Shown: positions 51,259-59,005 of the stretch, one piece after another
Layout of the letters: each line of letters opens with the position of its first letter
Numbering within the stretch: the first letter of the stretch is position 1
DNA from: a virus
Virus record (IMG/VR): IMGVR_UViG_3300030390_002408
Direction: 5' to 3' (one strand)
Length of the DNA: 64,000 nucleotides
The notes under the pieces: model-generated
Seen by the model: only the letters and a program-made list of their open reading frames with translations
Database searches by the model: none
What the model was told of the DNA's origin: nothing
Made by a program: the position numbers and the translations under genes

Positions 51259-51457
51259 AAACTCTCCAAGTCCTCCAAGTGGAATATCATGCCGTATGAC
51301 CATGCTTTACTATACGGTTTCAAGTCAGTTTAAAGCCTTTCCATCTACCTAACTTCAAAAGCGTTGCACCCTTGGTTGTGCCCTAATAGAGGAGGGTTGC
51401 CGATTTATTCACCCTAATTTGACCTATCACTTACTTATCCATTAGCTTGGAGAGTTT
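51259..51457 (-). ncRNA. Putative structured RNA B (~200 nt)
   Basis: Perfect 12-bp terminal inverted repeat AAACTCTCCAAG/CTTGGAGAGTTT; internal CCGTAT/ATACGG and CCCT/AGGG stems; GC above flanks. Confidence 0.5.
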
Positions 51458-51461
51458 AAAA

Positions 51462-51557
51462 TAGTAATAGTCGTATCAACTAGCATCGGTGCTTTCAAGT
51501 CTTCTAAGATACCTCTTATCTTGCGGAACCTCCCCGTAACCCTCTGCTATATTACTA
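51462..51557 (-). ncRNA. Putative structured RNA C (multibranch)
   Basis: TAGTAATA/TATTACTA closure; TAGCA/TGCTA and AAGATA/TATCTT stems. Confidence 0.45.
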
Positions 51558-51595
51558 CTTATTTTCAATTATTTAAAGAACGTAATTAATTTTGT

Positions 51596-51652
51596 ACCTA
51601 TCCCTGAATCGAACATGGGTCAGAACTAGTTCTCCTAGCAACCAGCATAGGC
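51596..51652 (-). ncRNA. tRNA-like element D (non-canonical)
   Basis: GCCTAT/ATAGGT acceptor-like stem; TTCGATT T-loop; AGAACTAGTTCT palindrome. Confidence 0.5.
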
Positions 51653-51654
51653 TA

Positions 51655-51723
51655 TTAATGAGGGGTTGGGATCGAACCAACTCGAAGGAACTGCATCTTC
51701 TTAAACCATAATTTCCTCATTAA
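51655..51723 (-). ncRNA. tRNA-like element E (pseudo-tRNA)
   Basis: TTAATGAGG/CCTCATTAA closure; GTTGG-TTCGATC-CCAAC canonical T arm; GAAG/CTTC stem with non-canonical loop. Confidence 0.55.
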
Positions 51724-51726
51724 CAT

Positions 51727-51746
51727 CAATACTTTCAATGAACTCT
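51727..51746 (-). promoter_or_regulatory. boxA-like antitermination element (second copy 51566-51583)
   Basis: AGAGTTCATTGAAAGTATTG and ACGTTCTTTAAATAATTG resemble rrn boxA (GYTCWTTRA...ATTG). Confidence 0.45.
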
Positions 51747-51756
51747 ATTTATTAAA

Positions 51757-52047
51757 TTATATCCAATCAGGGGTGGGTTTTCCAAACTCAGGTATTGCTT
51801 CAAAAAAATTATGGAAAAATGGCTCTAATGATGGGCTACCTTCCTCTATCAATAACTGATAAACCCTACCATCAAACTCAAATATTCCCTCCTCTGGGCT
51901 TACCACCTCAATTATTCCTGGAGTCATAACTCTATCTAAATAATCTGTTTCTCCAAAATCTCCTTCATTCAATGAAGTTAATTTAATATCACTTCCTACA
52001 ATTCTCATTTTCATACCTTTTTCAACACTTTTCATAACTTTTTTCAT
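51757..52047 (-). CDS. Hypothetical early protein
   Basis: 96 aa; behind tandem early promoters. Confidence 0.65.
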   Translation of the reverse strand: MKKVMKSVEKGMKMRIVGSDIKLTSLNEGDFGETDYLDRVMTPGIIEVVSPEEGIFEFDGRVYQLLIEEGSPSLEPFFHNFFEAIPEFGKPTPDWI

Positions 52048-52077
52048 AACCTTTATTTTTTAAATTTTTAATCCGTT

Positions 52078-52225
52078 TAACCCCTCAACCCCAACACCGT
52101 AAATATACGATGAATATCTCGCTTCTCCAAATCTTTCTGCAATTATCTTCAATGAACTTTTTAAACCCGTCTAACCCCTCAACCTTACCCCGTAAATATA
52201 CGGTGAAACCCCCGGGAAGCCACAT
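52078..52225 (-). promoter_or_regulatory. Two tandem early promoter repeat copies
   Basis: Cores AAATATACG (+) at 52101 and 52194, with flanking AACCCCTCAACC repeat. Confidence 0.75.
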
Positions 52226-52477
52226 TCTCCCGCGGGGATCGCGTGGGGAGTTGTGAACCGTGGGGTGTTCACAATATATACTCTTTTCGTAGAGGAGAGT
52301 TTGGGGGCGCGGTGAAAAGGGGGTAATGTCCCCAGAACTCTACCCCATCCGCTCCACCACGTGTTATCACATACTATTTGACTATACATTGTGTTTAACA
52401 CATAACACTAATCGTTTAACACACTTCATCGCCCCTATTATTTAATTCGCATTATGACACTCATTTAACGTGGAAAA

Positions 52478-52999
52478 TCATGAATGATTTCGTAATAAAT
52501 CAATTAATTGCTTCAACTCACCACTCGTCATTATTACCTCTTCATCATTTGATTCAAATATCCTATCCTTTTTTAACCCAATCTCATTAAACCAATCATT
52601 CAATTTAAATTCCTTTAAATGGTAATCTATCCCAATCCATCCCTCTGTTAAATGTTTAACTTCTCGTAGATGAGTAATATAATTAATTGCTTCTTTTACC
52701 TTATCATCCGTCCACACCCAATTACCTGTCCAAGTGGGGTTATCAGTTATGTTATTCTCCATCGTAATATTATTTTTATCATTTATTTTCTCCGTCGCTG
52801 GATTATTATCATTATTTCTCCTCTTCAACATATTGAAATTTCCTTTTGGTTCTGTTTTAGATTTTTTGATTTTTTTTAATTCTGATTCTAGTTGATATTT
52901 ATATTCTTCCCAAATTAATCTTCCTCCTTTACCCCATCTAAAAGCATGGTGACATAGTTCCTCAATTTCTTCTAATGTGAATGTTTCTTCTTTACTCAT
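52478..52999 (-). CDS. Hypothetical protein, last gene of junction array 2 (possibly fused microgenes)
   Basis: MSKEE start in junction motif. Confidence 0.55.
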   Translation of the reverse strand: MSKEETFTLEEIEELCHHAFRWGKGGRLIWEEYKYQLESELKKIKKSKTEPKGNFNMLKRRNNDNNPATEKINDKNNITMENNITDNPTWTGNWVWTDDKVKEAINYITHLREVKHLTEGWIGIDYHLKEFKLNDWFNEIGLKKDRIFESNDEEVIMTSGELKQLIDLLRNHS

Positions 53000-53205
53000 T
53001 TGTCTTTTGGTTTTAATTGATAATACTTATATGGTCCAGACCAGTTATCTTCATTATGCTCTACCATGTAAAACCAATCACCAATACTATCTAGTGTTTT
53101 AATTGCTTCATATTTCACTGGATTAACATCCTTATAGACTATCTTACCTTCACCCCTTGGTGTTGTAACTACATTTCCAACTTCATATATTATTTCTTTA
53201 CTCAT
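52996..53205 (-). CDS. Microgene of junction array 2 (SH3-like: YEVGNVVTTPRGEGKI)
   Basis: MSKE start in junction motif. Confidence 0.6.
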   Translation of the reverse strand: MSKEIIYEVGNVVTTPRGEGKIVYKDVNPVKYEAIKTLDSIGDWFYMVEHNEDNWSGPYKYYQLKPKDK

Positions 53206-53227
53206 CTTTGTTTTTGTTTAATTTCAA

Positions 53228-53401
53228 TTACCTCATCTCATCAATTTCCCTTTGGGTTACTACCACTAACTTATCCCTTTCGATATCCCACCTAACGTAC
53301 CCATCCGCTTCTAACTTGAGTAATTTTGTGAAGAAATCATTCTCGATGTGGTAATCTACTTCACCGTCGTCCATTTCATTATCTTCATTGCTGGATTTCA
53401 T
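53228..53401 (-). CDS. Microgene MKSSNEDNEM... (57 aa)
   Basis: Manual translation; ATGA overlap with upstream gene. Confidence 0.55.
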   Translation of the reverse strand: MKSSNEDNEMDDGEVDYHIENDFFTKLLKLEADGYVRWDIERDKLVVVTQREIDEMR

Positions 53402-53703
53402 ATCGTTGTCTCTCCTCTATTTGGTTCTTGGTTTAAAATGTTAATCCTATTTAAATCAGCATATATAGAAGGTGTTGAGTATGTTTTTAAGTCTATTGCT
53501 CCATACTCTTTTCTATACTTCTCATACAATACTTTTCTCTTGGATTCTAGTAATTGCATTTCTTGGGAGAGTTTAATCCACTCTTTATTTAATTCGTCTT
53601 TCGTCATCTTCTTTGTTTTTGTAGCAAATTCTGCTATTGGAATAGTTTTAGGAAATACTCTTTTAAGTATTGGTAATGATGGTCCTTTCTTTTCCTTACT
53701 CAT
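53398..53703 (-). CDS. Microgene of junction array 2 (start MSKEKKG)
   Basis: Junction-motif ATG at 53703 preferred over track start 53730. Confidence 0.6.
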   Translation of the reverse strand: MSKEKKGPSLPILKRVFPKTIPIAEFATKTKKMTKDELNKEWIKLSQEMQLLESKRKVLYEKYRKEYGAIDLKTYSTPSIYADLNRINILNQEPNRGETTI

Positions 53704-53971
53704 CTTTATTTTGTTTTTTAAAGTTCTCAATATTTTTCATGGTAACACTTATCAGGTAAGTATCCTCCATTATTTGACCCTTCTTCTTAAAGTGTTCAAT
53801 TGTTTCTATATGAGATTCTACTAATATTTTAAGTCTATTCTCAGGAGAAATATTATACTTATCAAATAGTTCCATTACTGGTTTAAATGATTCTTCTCTT
53901 ACCTTTTTTAATTCTTCTTCTAATATATTACTTAGTATATTTGCTACGTCTAATGGTTCTTCTTTACTCAT
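53696..53971 (-). CDS. Microgene of junction array 2 (MSKEE...QNKDE)
   Basis: Both ends lie in the junction motif. Confidence 0.65.
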   Translation of the reverse strand: MSKEEPLDVANILSNILEEELKKVREESFKPVMELFDKYNISPENRLKILVESHIETIEHFKKKGQIMEDTYLISVTMKNIENFKKQNKDE

Positions 53972-54027
53972 CTTTGTTTACGTTTACGTGTTTTTTCATA
54001 CTTGCCCATCAAAACTAACTTTGATAT

Positions 54028-54177
54028 CTAAGGTATATAAAGTATTGGACCACCAACTTCCTTGTAATGTTCGTCAGGCATTTCCATTTCTTCGTTAATA
54101 ATTTCTTTAGGTATAGAATCAATTAATTTATAATCTTCTTCTTTTACTTCTAATAATAAAAATTTTCTTTTACTCAT
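54028..54177 (-). CDS. Microgene MSKRKFLLLE... (49 aa; possibly truncated by TAG)
   Basis: Manual translation; frame stays open after TAG to the junction TGA at 53968. Confidence 0.45.
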   Translation of the reverse strand: MSKRKFLLLEVKEEDYKLIDSIPKEIINEEMEMPDEHYKEVGGPILYIP

Positions 54178-54189
54178 CTTTGTTTTGTT

Positions 54190-54336
54190 TTATTTCCAAT
54201 AACTTCCATCGTAAATATCACTATGGTGTTGCTCCTCTTTATTGCATATTCTACAGTGTCTCTCCACTATTCTCCCAAATTTATACTCCCATCTATGTAT
54301 GCCAATTTTACATAATATTAATCTAAGTTTTTTCAT
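54190..54336 (-). CDS. Small Zn-binding DUF1660-like protein (48 aa)
   Basis: LCKIGIHRW...HCRIC. Confidence 0.6.
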   Translation of the reverse strand: MKKLRLILCKIGIHRWEYKFGRIVERHCRICNKEEQHHSDIYDGSYWK

Positions 54337-54428
54337 TTCTCTTTTTTATTTTTATGAAATCTTCTAGCTATTTCCCATATTATAGAAAAACTAATCAACA
54401 AAACTATCTCTGCCATCATATTGTTATT

Positions 54429-54947
54429 TTACCAATTTAAAGGATCAGTTACATCTTTAGACTTTCCTGTTAGAAGATCTACTACTGCAACACATACTCC
54501 TAAACCTGTAGGAATAAATTGATATCCAAATCTTTCTCCTGATGTTACCCCCTTATGTTTGTTTATTTCTCTTTGCTCTTCAATCCACTCATTAGCTTTA
54601 TCTTGCTCTGGGATTGATACTATGAATGTTAATTCTTCCCTCTCCTCTACTTTTTTAATTTCTTTTAATTTAATTGAGTATGATGTGAAGTTTGGAACAT
54701 TTTCTTTTACATATTCCCCAACTAATTTATACCACTCCTCATCCTCAATTGAGTAAACATCCTTAATAACATACATAACTAATTCAACATCTTTAAAACG
54801 GTGTTGAGGTTGAGGGGTTAACTCACTATCTTCATATGTTCTACATTTGATTGTTAATAAATAATCTGCTTGATCCTTATCAATCTTATAATCTTCTAAT
54901 GTAACCATCTTTTTATTATTTATTTTGAGTTTGTCTAATGCTTTCAA
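54429..54947 (-). CDS. Hypothetical protein
   Basis: 172 aa; FIPTGLG...DVTD..W C-terminal module. Confidence 0.6.
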   Translation of the reverse strand: MKALDKLKINNKKMVTLEDYKIDKDQADYLLTIKCRTYEDSELTPQPQHRFKDVELVMYVIKDVYSIEDEEWYKLVGEYVKENVPNFTSYSIKLKEIKKVEEREELTFIVSIPEQDKANEWIEEQREINKHKGVTSGERFGYQFIPTGLGVCVAVVDLLTGKSKDVTDPLNW

Positions 54948-55158
54948 GTGTTAGTTTAGGCTTTATTTCTAGTAACATTTTTATACTTTCAGTTGATAGT
55001 TGAGAGTATATTTTTAATAAGTCTAAATAATAGTGTGTAGGCTCACGTTTGAATTTACCTTCTTCAAGTAATCCTATTCGTCTATATGCCCCTACATCAC
55101 TTAAAACTAAGTCACTTAATAATTTTTCTCTTTGTTGCTCTAAATATTTATCTGTCAT
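54916..55158 (-). CDS. Hypothetical protein
   Basis: 80-aa ORF. Confidence 0.5.
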   Translation of the reverse strand: MTDKYLEQQREKLLSDLVLSDVGAYRRIGLLEEGKFKREPTHYYLDLLKIYSQLSTESIKMLLEIKPKLTLESIRQTQNK

Positions 55159-55355
55159 AACTTTAAATTTTTATTTTCAGTAGGCTTAATTCTAAAATTA
55201 GCGCATTTATCAAGTATAAAATAAACAGCATTTCCACAGTCCCCATTTACATACCCATTCCCAAAATCCACCCAATGATTACCAATCTGCATTTGGAGTT
55301 TTACACCTTCTTCTATTGCTTTTACAGCTTCCCAAGCTTTTAAGTTTTCTCCCAC
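55155..55355 (-). CDS. Hypothetical protein
   Basis: 66 aa; FRIKP C-terminus. Confidence 0.55.
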   Translation of the reverse strand: MGENLKAWEAVKAIEEGVKLQMQIGNHWVDFGNGYVNGDCGNAVYFILDKCANFRIKPTENKNLKL

Positions 55356-55505
55356 CTTAATCTATTTCTAAAATTATAAATTTGATTTAATATATTTATA
55401 ATACTTGTTTATCTTCTTCCCCAAATCTCTATTTGATGAAGATGATTTAATTAATTTAATGATATACTCACTATCTAATTTGATGGTCTTTTCTTTAGCC
55501 ATTTC

Positions 55506-55796
55506 TTACTTTGATTTTTTAGTAAATAATTTCTTGATAAACAAATATCCTTTTTCAATGTAATAAAAAACACTCGTTAAAATTGCTAATCCTATTAGTA
55601 ATAATATAAACCTATTTTCCCCTTTCATAACTTTTAAATCTTTAATTACACCTTCTAAACATTTAGCTTGAGCGCACAATTTAATTTCCTTACTAACTTT
55701 TTCATCATATTGTAAAATACAATCTTTAATTTGCTCTTTAACCTGAGCTAATTCAATCTCATACTTTTCAATCAATTTATTTAATTTCTTTTTCAT
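55506..55796 (-). CDS. Hypothetical protein with C-terminal hydrophobic segment
   Basis: 96 aa. Confidence 0.55.
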   Translation of the reverse strand: MKKKLNKLIEKYEIELAQVKEQIKDCILQYDEKVSKEIKLCAQAKCLEGVIKDLKVMKGENRFILLLIGLAILTSVFYYIEKGYLFIKKLFTKKSK

Positions 55797-55799
55797 AAC

Positions 55800-55961
55800 C
55801 TATTTTTTAAAACATTTTTTCAAAATCCATTTAAGTTGAATTATTTCAGCTTTTATTGCGAATAAAACCTTTGAGTCTTTATCATACTCATCATCTTCTA
55901 CCATTCCTTTTAACCATTGTAACTGGTATTTTAATTCAGCTTTAATATTTTTCTTTTTCAT
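55800..55961 (-). CDS. Microgene MKKKNIKAELKY... (53 aa)
   Basis: Manual translation; AGGTTATG context. Confidence 0.6.
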   Translation of the reverse strand: MKKKNIKAELKYQLQWLKGMVEDDEYDKDSKVLFAIKAEIIQLKWILKKCFKK

Positions 55962-55977
55962 AACCTATTATCTTGAT

Positions 55978-56133
55978 TTAACCTACAATCCATTCTCCAC
56001 TATAAGAATATTTAGCACACCAACCTTCATTGAAGTCGATTATAATTCTATTCTTAAAATAATCTCTCTTTACAGTAACACCTTTATCACCAAATATTTT
56101 TCTATAACCTAAAACTTTGTTTTTTAACCACAT
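55978..56133 (-). CDS. Microgene MWLKNKVLGY... (51 aa)
   Basis: Manual translation; flanked by a 23-bp direct repeat. Confidence 0.55.
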   Translation of the reverse strand: MWLKNKVLGYRKIFGDKGVTVKRDYFKNRIIIDFNEGWCAKYSYSGEWIVG

Positions 56134-56139
56134 AACTTA

Positions 56140-56436
56140 TTATCTTGATTTAATATTTTCAATTTTTGTTGTTCCTGAATTTATCATTCTAAAAACCCGA
56201 TTCCAATTATTATCATCTGCTTCCCATTCAATATCATCTTTATCAAATTTAATTTGAAAATTTGAAAAAGCTTGACCATGAGTTTTGATTTTAAAATCAC
56301 CTTCACTGTTTTTTTTAAGAGAAATTTTCTCTTTATTATCACACATGCAAGAAACTAAATTGATTACAACTTCTCTTGCATTTTCTTTTACCTCTAATTT
56401 TGGAGGATTGTTAAATAAATCTCTATACTTGCTCAT
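56140..56436 (-). CDS. Hypothetical protein
   Basis: 98 aa. Confidence 0.65.
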   Translation of the reverse strand: MSKYRDLFNNPPKLEVKENAREVVINLVSCMCDNKEKISLKKNSEGDFKIKTHGQAFSNFQIKFDKDDIEWEADDNNWNRVFRMINSGTTKIENIKSR

Positions 56437-56446
56437 AACTTTTATT

Positions 56447-56737
56447 TTATACTATTTCACCAATGATTTCTCTTTTTATTCTTTTATTAATTGCTTTTTC
56501 AAAAACAATTGCAACATCCCTAACAGCATATTCTTCATCAGTAAATCCAGGACCCATTGGTATAGTGTCATATAATGATACTGAAAAATCCCTACGAAAT
56601 AAGGCACATGAAAAATCACCTATATTAAATGTGAAATAACTTCCAGCATCATTATCAAAATTTTCAGCTGAAAACTGATTTTCTAATAATTCAATAACCT
56701 CTTTGGTTTGTTGTCTTTTTAACTCTGTCTTTGTCAT
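56447..56737 (-). CDS. Hypothetical early protein
   Basis: 96 aa; first gene behind early promoter. Confidence 0.65.
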   Translation of the reverse strand: MTKTELKRQQTKEVIELLENQFSAENFDNDAGSYFTFNIGDFSCALFRRDFSVSLYDTIPMGPGFTDEEYAVRDVAIVFEKAINKRIKREIIGEIV

Positions 56738-56751
56738 AACTTTTATTTTTA

Positions 56752-56832
56752 TGTTGCGTTCCCTGCAACCTTACCCCGTAAATATACGATTGCTTCCTCA
56801 GGAAGCCTAATATTTCCGCGGGAGTCTTCAAA
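56752..56832 (-). promoter_or_regulatory. Early promoter repeat copy with palindromic spacer and 5'-leader hairpin
   Basis: TTAGGCTTCCTGAGGAAGCAATCGTATATTTACGGGGTAAGGTTGCAGGGAACGCAAC. Confidence 0.75.
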
Positions 56833-56837
56833 AAAAG

Positions 56838-57170
56838 TTAATCTAATGTTCCCTCTTTTTTAGATATTTTAAAATACTTTTCAACCCTGTTTATCTTATC
56901 CTGCTTTTTAATATAATTTTTACTATGGATTTTTTTTAAATTAAGGGTTTGGGATCTAAGATTCTCATCATTAGAATTTTTTAATTCAGTCTCTAACATC
57001 TCTAACATAGTAACTAAATCAGTATACTCTTCTAAGATTCTAGCTAAATTAGTATTTTCTTGTCCTTCCTCAATATTTAATAACCCAAATCTTAATGATT
57101 TAGTAATTCTTTGAGCCACTTCATTACATTCTTCTGCTGTAATGGTTAAAATATGTTCTAATCTATTCAT
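56838..57170 (-). CDS. MazG-like nucleotide pyrophosphohydrolase
   Basis: EECNEVAQRITKSLRFG...LEEYTDL (EExxE...ExxD). Confidence 0.65.
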   Translation of the reverse strand: MNRLEHILTITAEECNEVAQRITKSLRFGLLNIEEGQENTNLARILEEYTDLVTMLEMLETELKNSNDENLRSQTLNLKKIHSKNYIKKQDKINRVEKYFKISKKEGTLD

Positions 57171-57187
57171 AACTGTTTGATTTTTAT

Positions 57188-57418
57188 TTAAATTTCTTCC
57201 ATATCACTTATGGTTAATATTATTTCAACTGGGTTACCCAGTAAGTTTTCTAAATCTTCCACGTATTGAATATAATAAAAATTATCAGGTTCTGAAAATT
57301 CATAATTAACCCAATATTGTGTAATATCATTAGGGGATAATGGTAAACCTTTATAATCCGCTGCTAATTTTCTAGCATTTATTGCTTCTTGTTCTGTGTT
57401 GTATATATATCCTTCCAT
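57188..57418 (-). CDS. Small partner protein of the lectin-like virion gene
   Basis: 76 aa, directly downstream. Confidence 0.55.
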   Translation of the reverse strand: MEGYIYNTEQEAINARKLAADYKGLPLSPNDITQYWVNYEFSEPDNFYYIQYVEDLENLLGNPVEIILTISDMEEI

Positions 57419-57419
57419 A

Positions 57420-58616
57420 TTAGTAAATTGAATAATTTGTATTTATATCTGTTTCTATTGTGGTTTTATTAGATGTTTGGTCATTACTAAATAAAATTAT
57501 TTCTTGTATTGTACCATCTGTATAATAACTAGTACCTTGGTTATTTCTACCAATAGCAAATTTATAAGTGTTTGTCCCTGTTAAATTTTGTGTAGTTGTT
57601 TGTTGACTAATTAAAGTAGAATCTATATACATTTTTAAACCATTTGAACCTAAAAGATTAATGTTATTAAATAAAACTTGAGAACCTCTTATATCTGAAC
57701 CTACTCCGTTAAAAGCCTTACTTCCATCTATAAACATATCTAAAAGTGTGCCATTAGCATTTAAATTAAAAGCTATACCACCATTAGCGCTATATGATTT
57801 ACTAAAAATAACTGGATAAAAAGTAGTTCCTGTATTAATTTTAAATACTGAAAAATTACTTATTGCGTCTTGAATATGACCAAAAGTATTATCTGCAACC
57901 TCTAACCAATTAGAATTTGCCTTAATAAAGTTTATTGCTGGTTTACCATTTTCTAATTCAACTCCCGTTGATGAATCATAAATTTTAGGCTGATTAGATG
58001 AAGCAGTTTGGATGGCATTATTATTGGTATCACTTTGGTTATACCAAATAGTAACAAATCCATCTGTTCCACTACAAAAAGAATTTAAAGTTGTTGTATC
58101 TAATTGATTATTAACAAATCCTATGTCTTGTGTAGTGTTATCGGATGCTCGTCTTACTTGAATAGCATTCCCACTATAAGATGATTCTAATTTCCTTAAA
58201 CTAAATGCACCTGTTGAACCTGTCAAACCATTTAATGGTAAAGGAGAAGATGATACAGATATTTCAGTATCAAACTCCCCCACACCCTTTACATAGTAAG
58301 AATTTGCAGGGATTGGGGTAGAAGGTGTAAATTTAAAAGAACCCCCACTACCATATATTGATATTGAAAATCTTGTATTAGTTTGAATTAATGAATTATG
58401 ATTAACCCCCCCAGTAAAATCACTAAATACCCCGGCCATAGGAGCATTTGAAGATAAGTTTTGATTTGAAGTTGAATTCCCATCTAAGGTAAAATAACCC
58501 ACAGAGTAGGTACCAGTTGAATTTTTACTATTAGTGATAGTAAATATTTTTTCACCCTCTATGGCTTCCCCTAAAGATCCACTATTTTGAGTTTGAGCTG
58601 CTGTATATGTTGCCAT
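57420..58616 (-). CDS. Late virion protein with concanavalin/LamG (arabinofuranosidase-B-like) domain
   Basis: AFSLRKL..SYSGNAIQVRRASDN..QDIGF...VTIWYNQS; GTIQEIILF; late-like motif upstream. Confidence 0.7.
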   Translation of the reverse strand: MATYTAAQTQNSGSLGEAIEGEKIFTITNSKNSTGTYSVGYFTLDGNSTSNQNLSSNAPMAGVFSDFTGGVNHNSLIQTNTRFSISIYGSGGSFKFTPSTPIPANSYYVKGVGEFDTEISVSSSPLPLNGLTGSTGAFSLRKLESSYSGNAIQVRRASDNTTQDIGFVNNQLDTTTLNSFCSGTDGFVTIWYNQSDTNNNAIQTASSNQPKIYDSSTGVELENGKPAINFIKANSNWLEVADNTFGHIQDAISNFSVFKINTGTTFYPVIFSKSYSANGGIAFNLNANGTLLDMFIDGSKAFNGVGSDIRGSQVLFNNINLLGSNGLKMYIDSTLISQQTTTQNLTGTNTYKFAIGRNNQGTSYYTDGTIQEIILFSNDQTSNKTTIETDINTNYSIY

Positions 58617-58647
58617 TTTTTATAATAAATATTAAAAATAAATAATT

Positions 58648-58803
58648 TTACTTATTAGTATTTTCCTTTCCATCTACTATTTTTTTACAATTTACACATT
58701 GTTTATATCCGGAGTTGAATGTTTTCCATTCTTTATGTTGACATTTTTTATATCTAAAGTGGAGTTTAATACTAGATATTATACTTCCTATCCTTCTTTT
58801 CAT
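58648..58803 (-). CDS. Small Zn-ribbon-like protein (51 aa)
   Basis: CQH...CVNC, manual translation. Confidence 0.5.
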   Translation of the reverse strand: MKRRIGSIISSIKLHFRYKKCQHKEWKTFNSGYKQCVNCKKIVDGKENTNK

Positions 58804-59003
58804 ATAATAGAAATTTTCTTTTGTAAGTAATTTTCTAGCTTTTTAGTAAATTGATCCACCTCTTCATAAAATTCTAAATCTTCTTTTCTTATTAATTTAA
58901 AATTCTCATAAATGAACATATTATCTTGACATTCATATAATACTCCCAATAATAATCTTTCCATATAAAGTTGGGATTTCTCCTCTTCATCGTATTCTTC
59001 CAT
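58800..59003 (-). CDS. Hypothetical protein
   Basis: 67 aa. Confidence 0.55.
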   Translation of the reverse strand: MEEYDEEEKSQLYMERLLLGVLYECQDNMFIYENFKLIRKEDLEFYEEVDQFTKKLENYLQKKISII

Positions 59004-59005
59004 TT

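Larger units (their letters stand above)
52985..54192 (-). repeat. Five copies of the stop/start junction repeat AAAACAAAGATGAGTAA
   Basis: Copies near 52985, 53194, 53692, 53957, 54168. Confidence 0.85.

Noticed and set aside
51143-51557. Twister or pistol ribozyme (GGTTACAAG, GCAGAGGG, GGTGCAA fragments)
   Set aside because: The required pseudoknot partners could not be assembled within one element by eye; needs an Infernal search.
51596-51723. Canonical tRNA genes
   Set aside because: T arms are present but D arms and anticodon loops are non-canonical and there is no CCA; reported as tRNA-like only.
49224-52401. Track ORFs 49224-49415 (+) and 52171-52401 (-)
   Set aside because: They overlap hairpins and promoter repeats, have atypical composition and lack the start context; probably non-coding.
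46767-54192. CRISPR array interpretation of the junction repeats
   Set aside because: Intervening sequences are roughly 150-500 nt and protein-coding, the repeats are non-palindromic and degenerate, and no cas operon is present (the 10544 nuclease sits with the primase).
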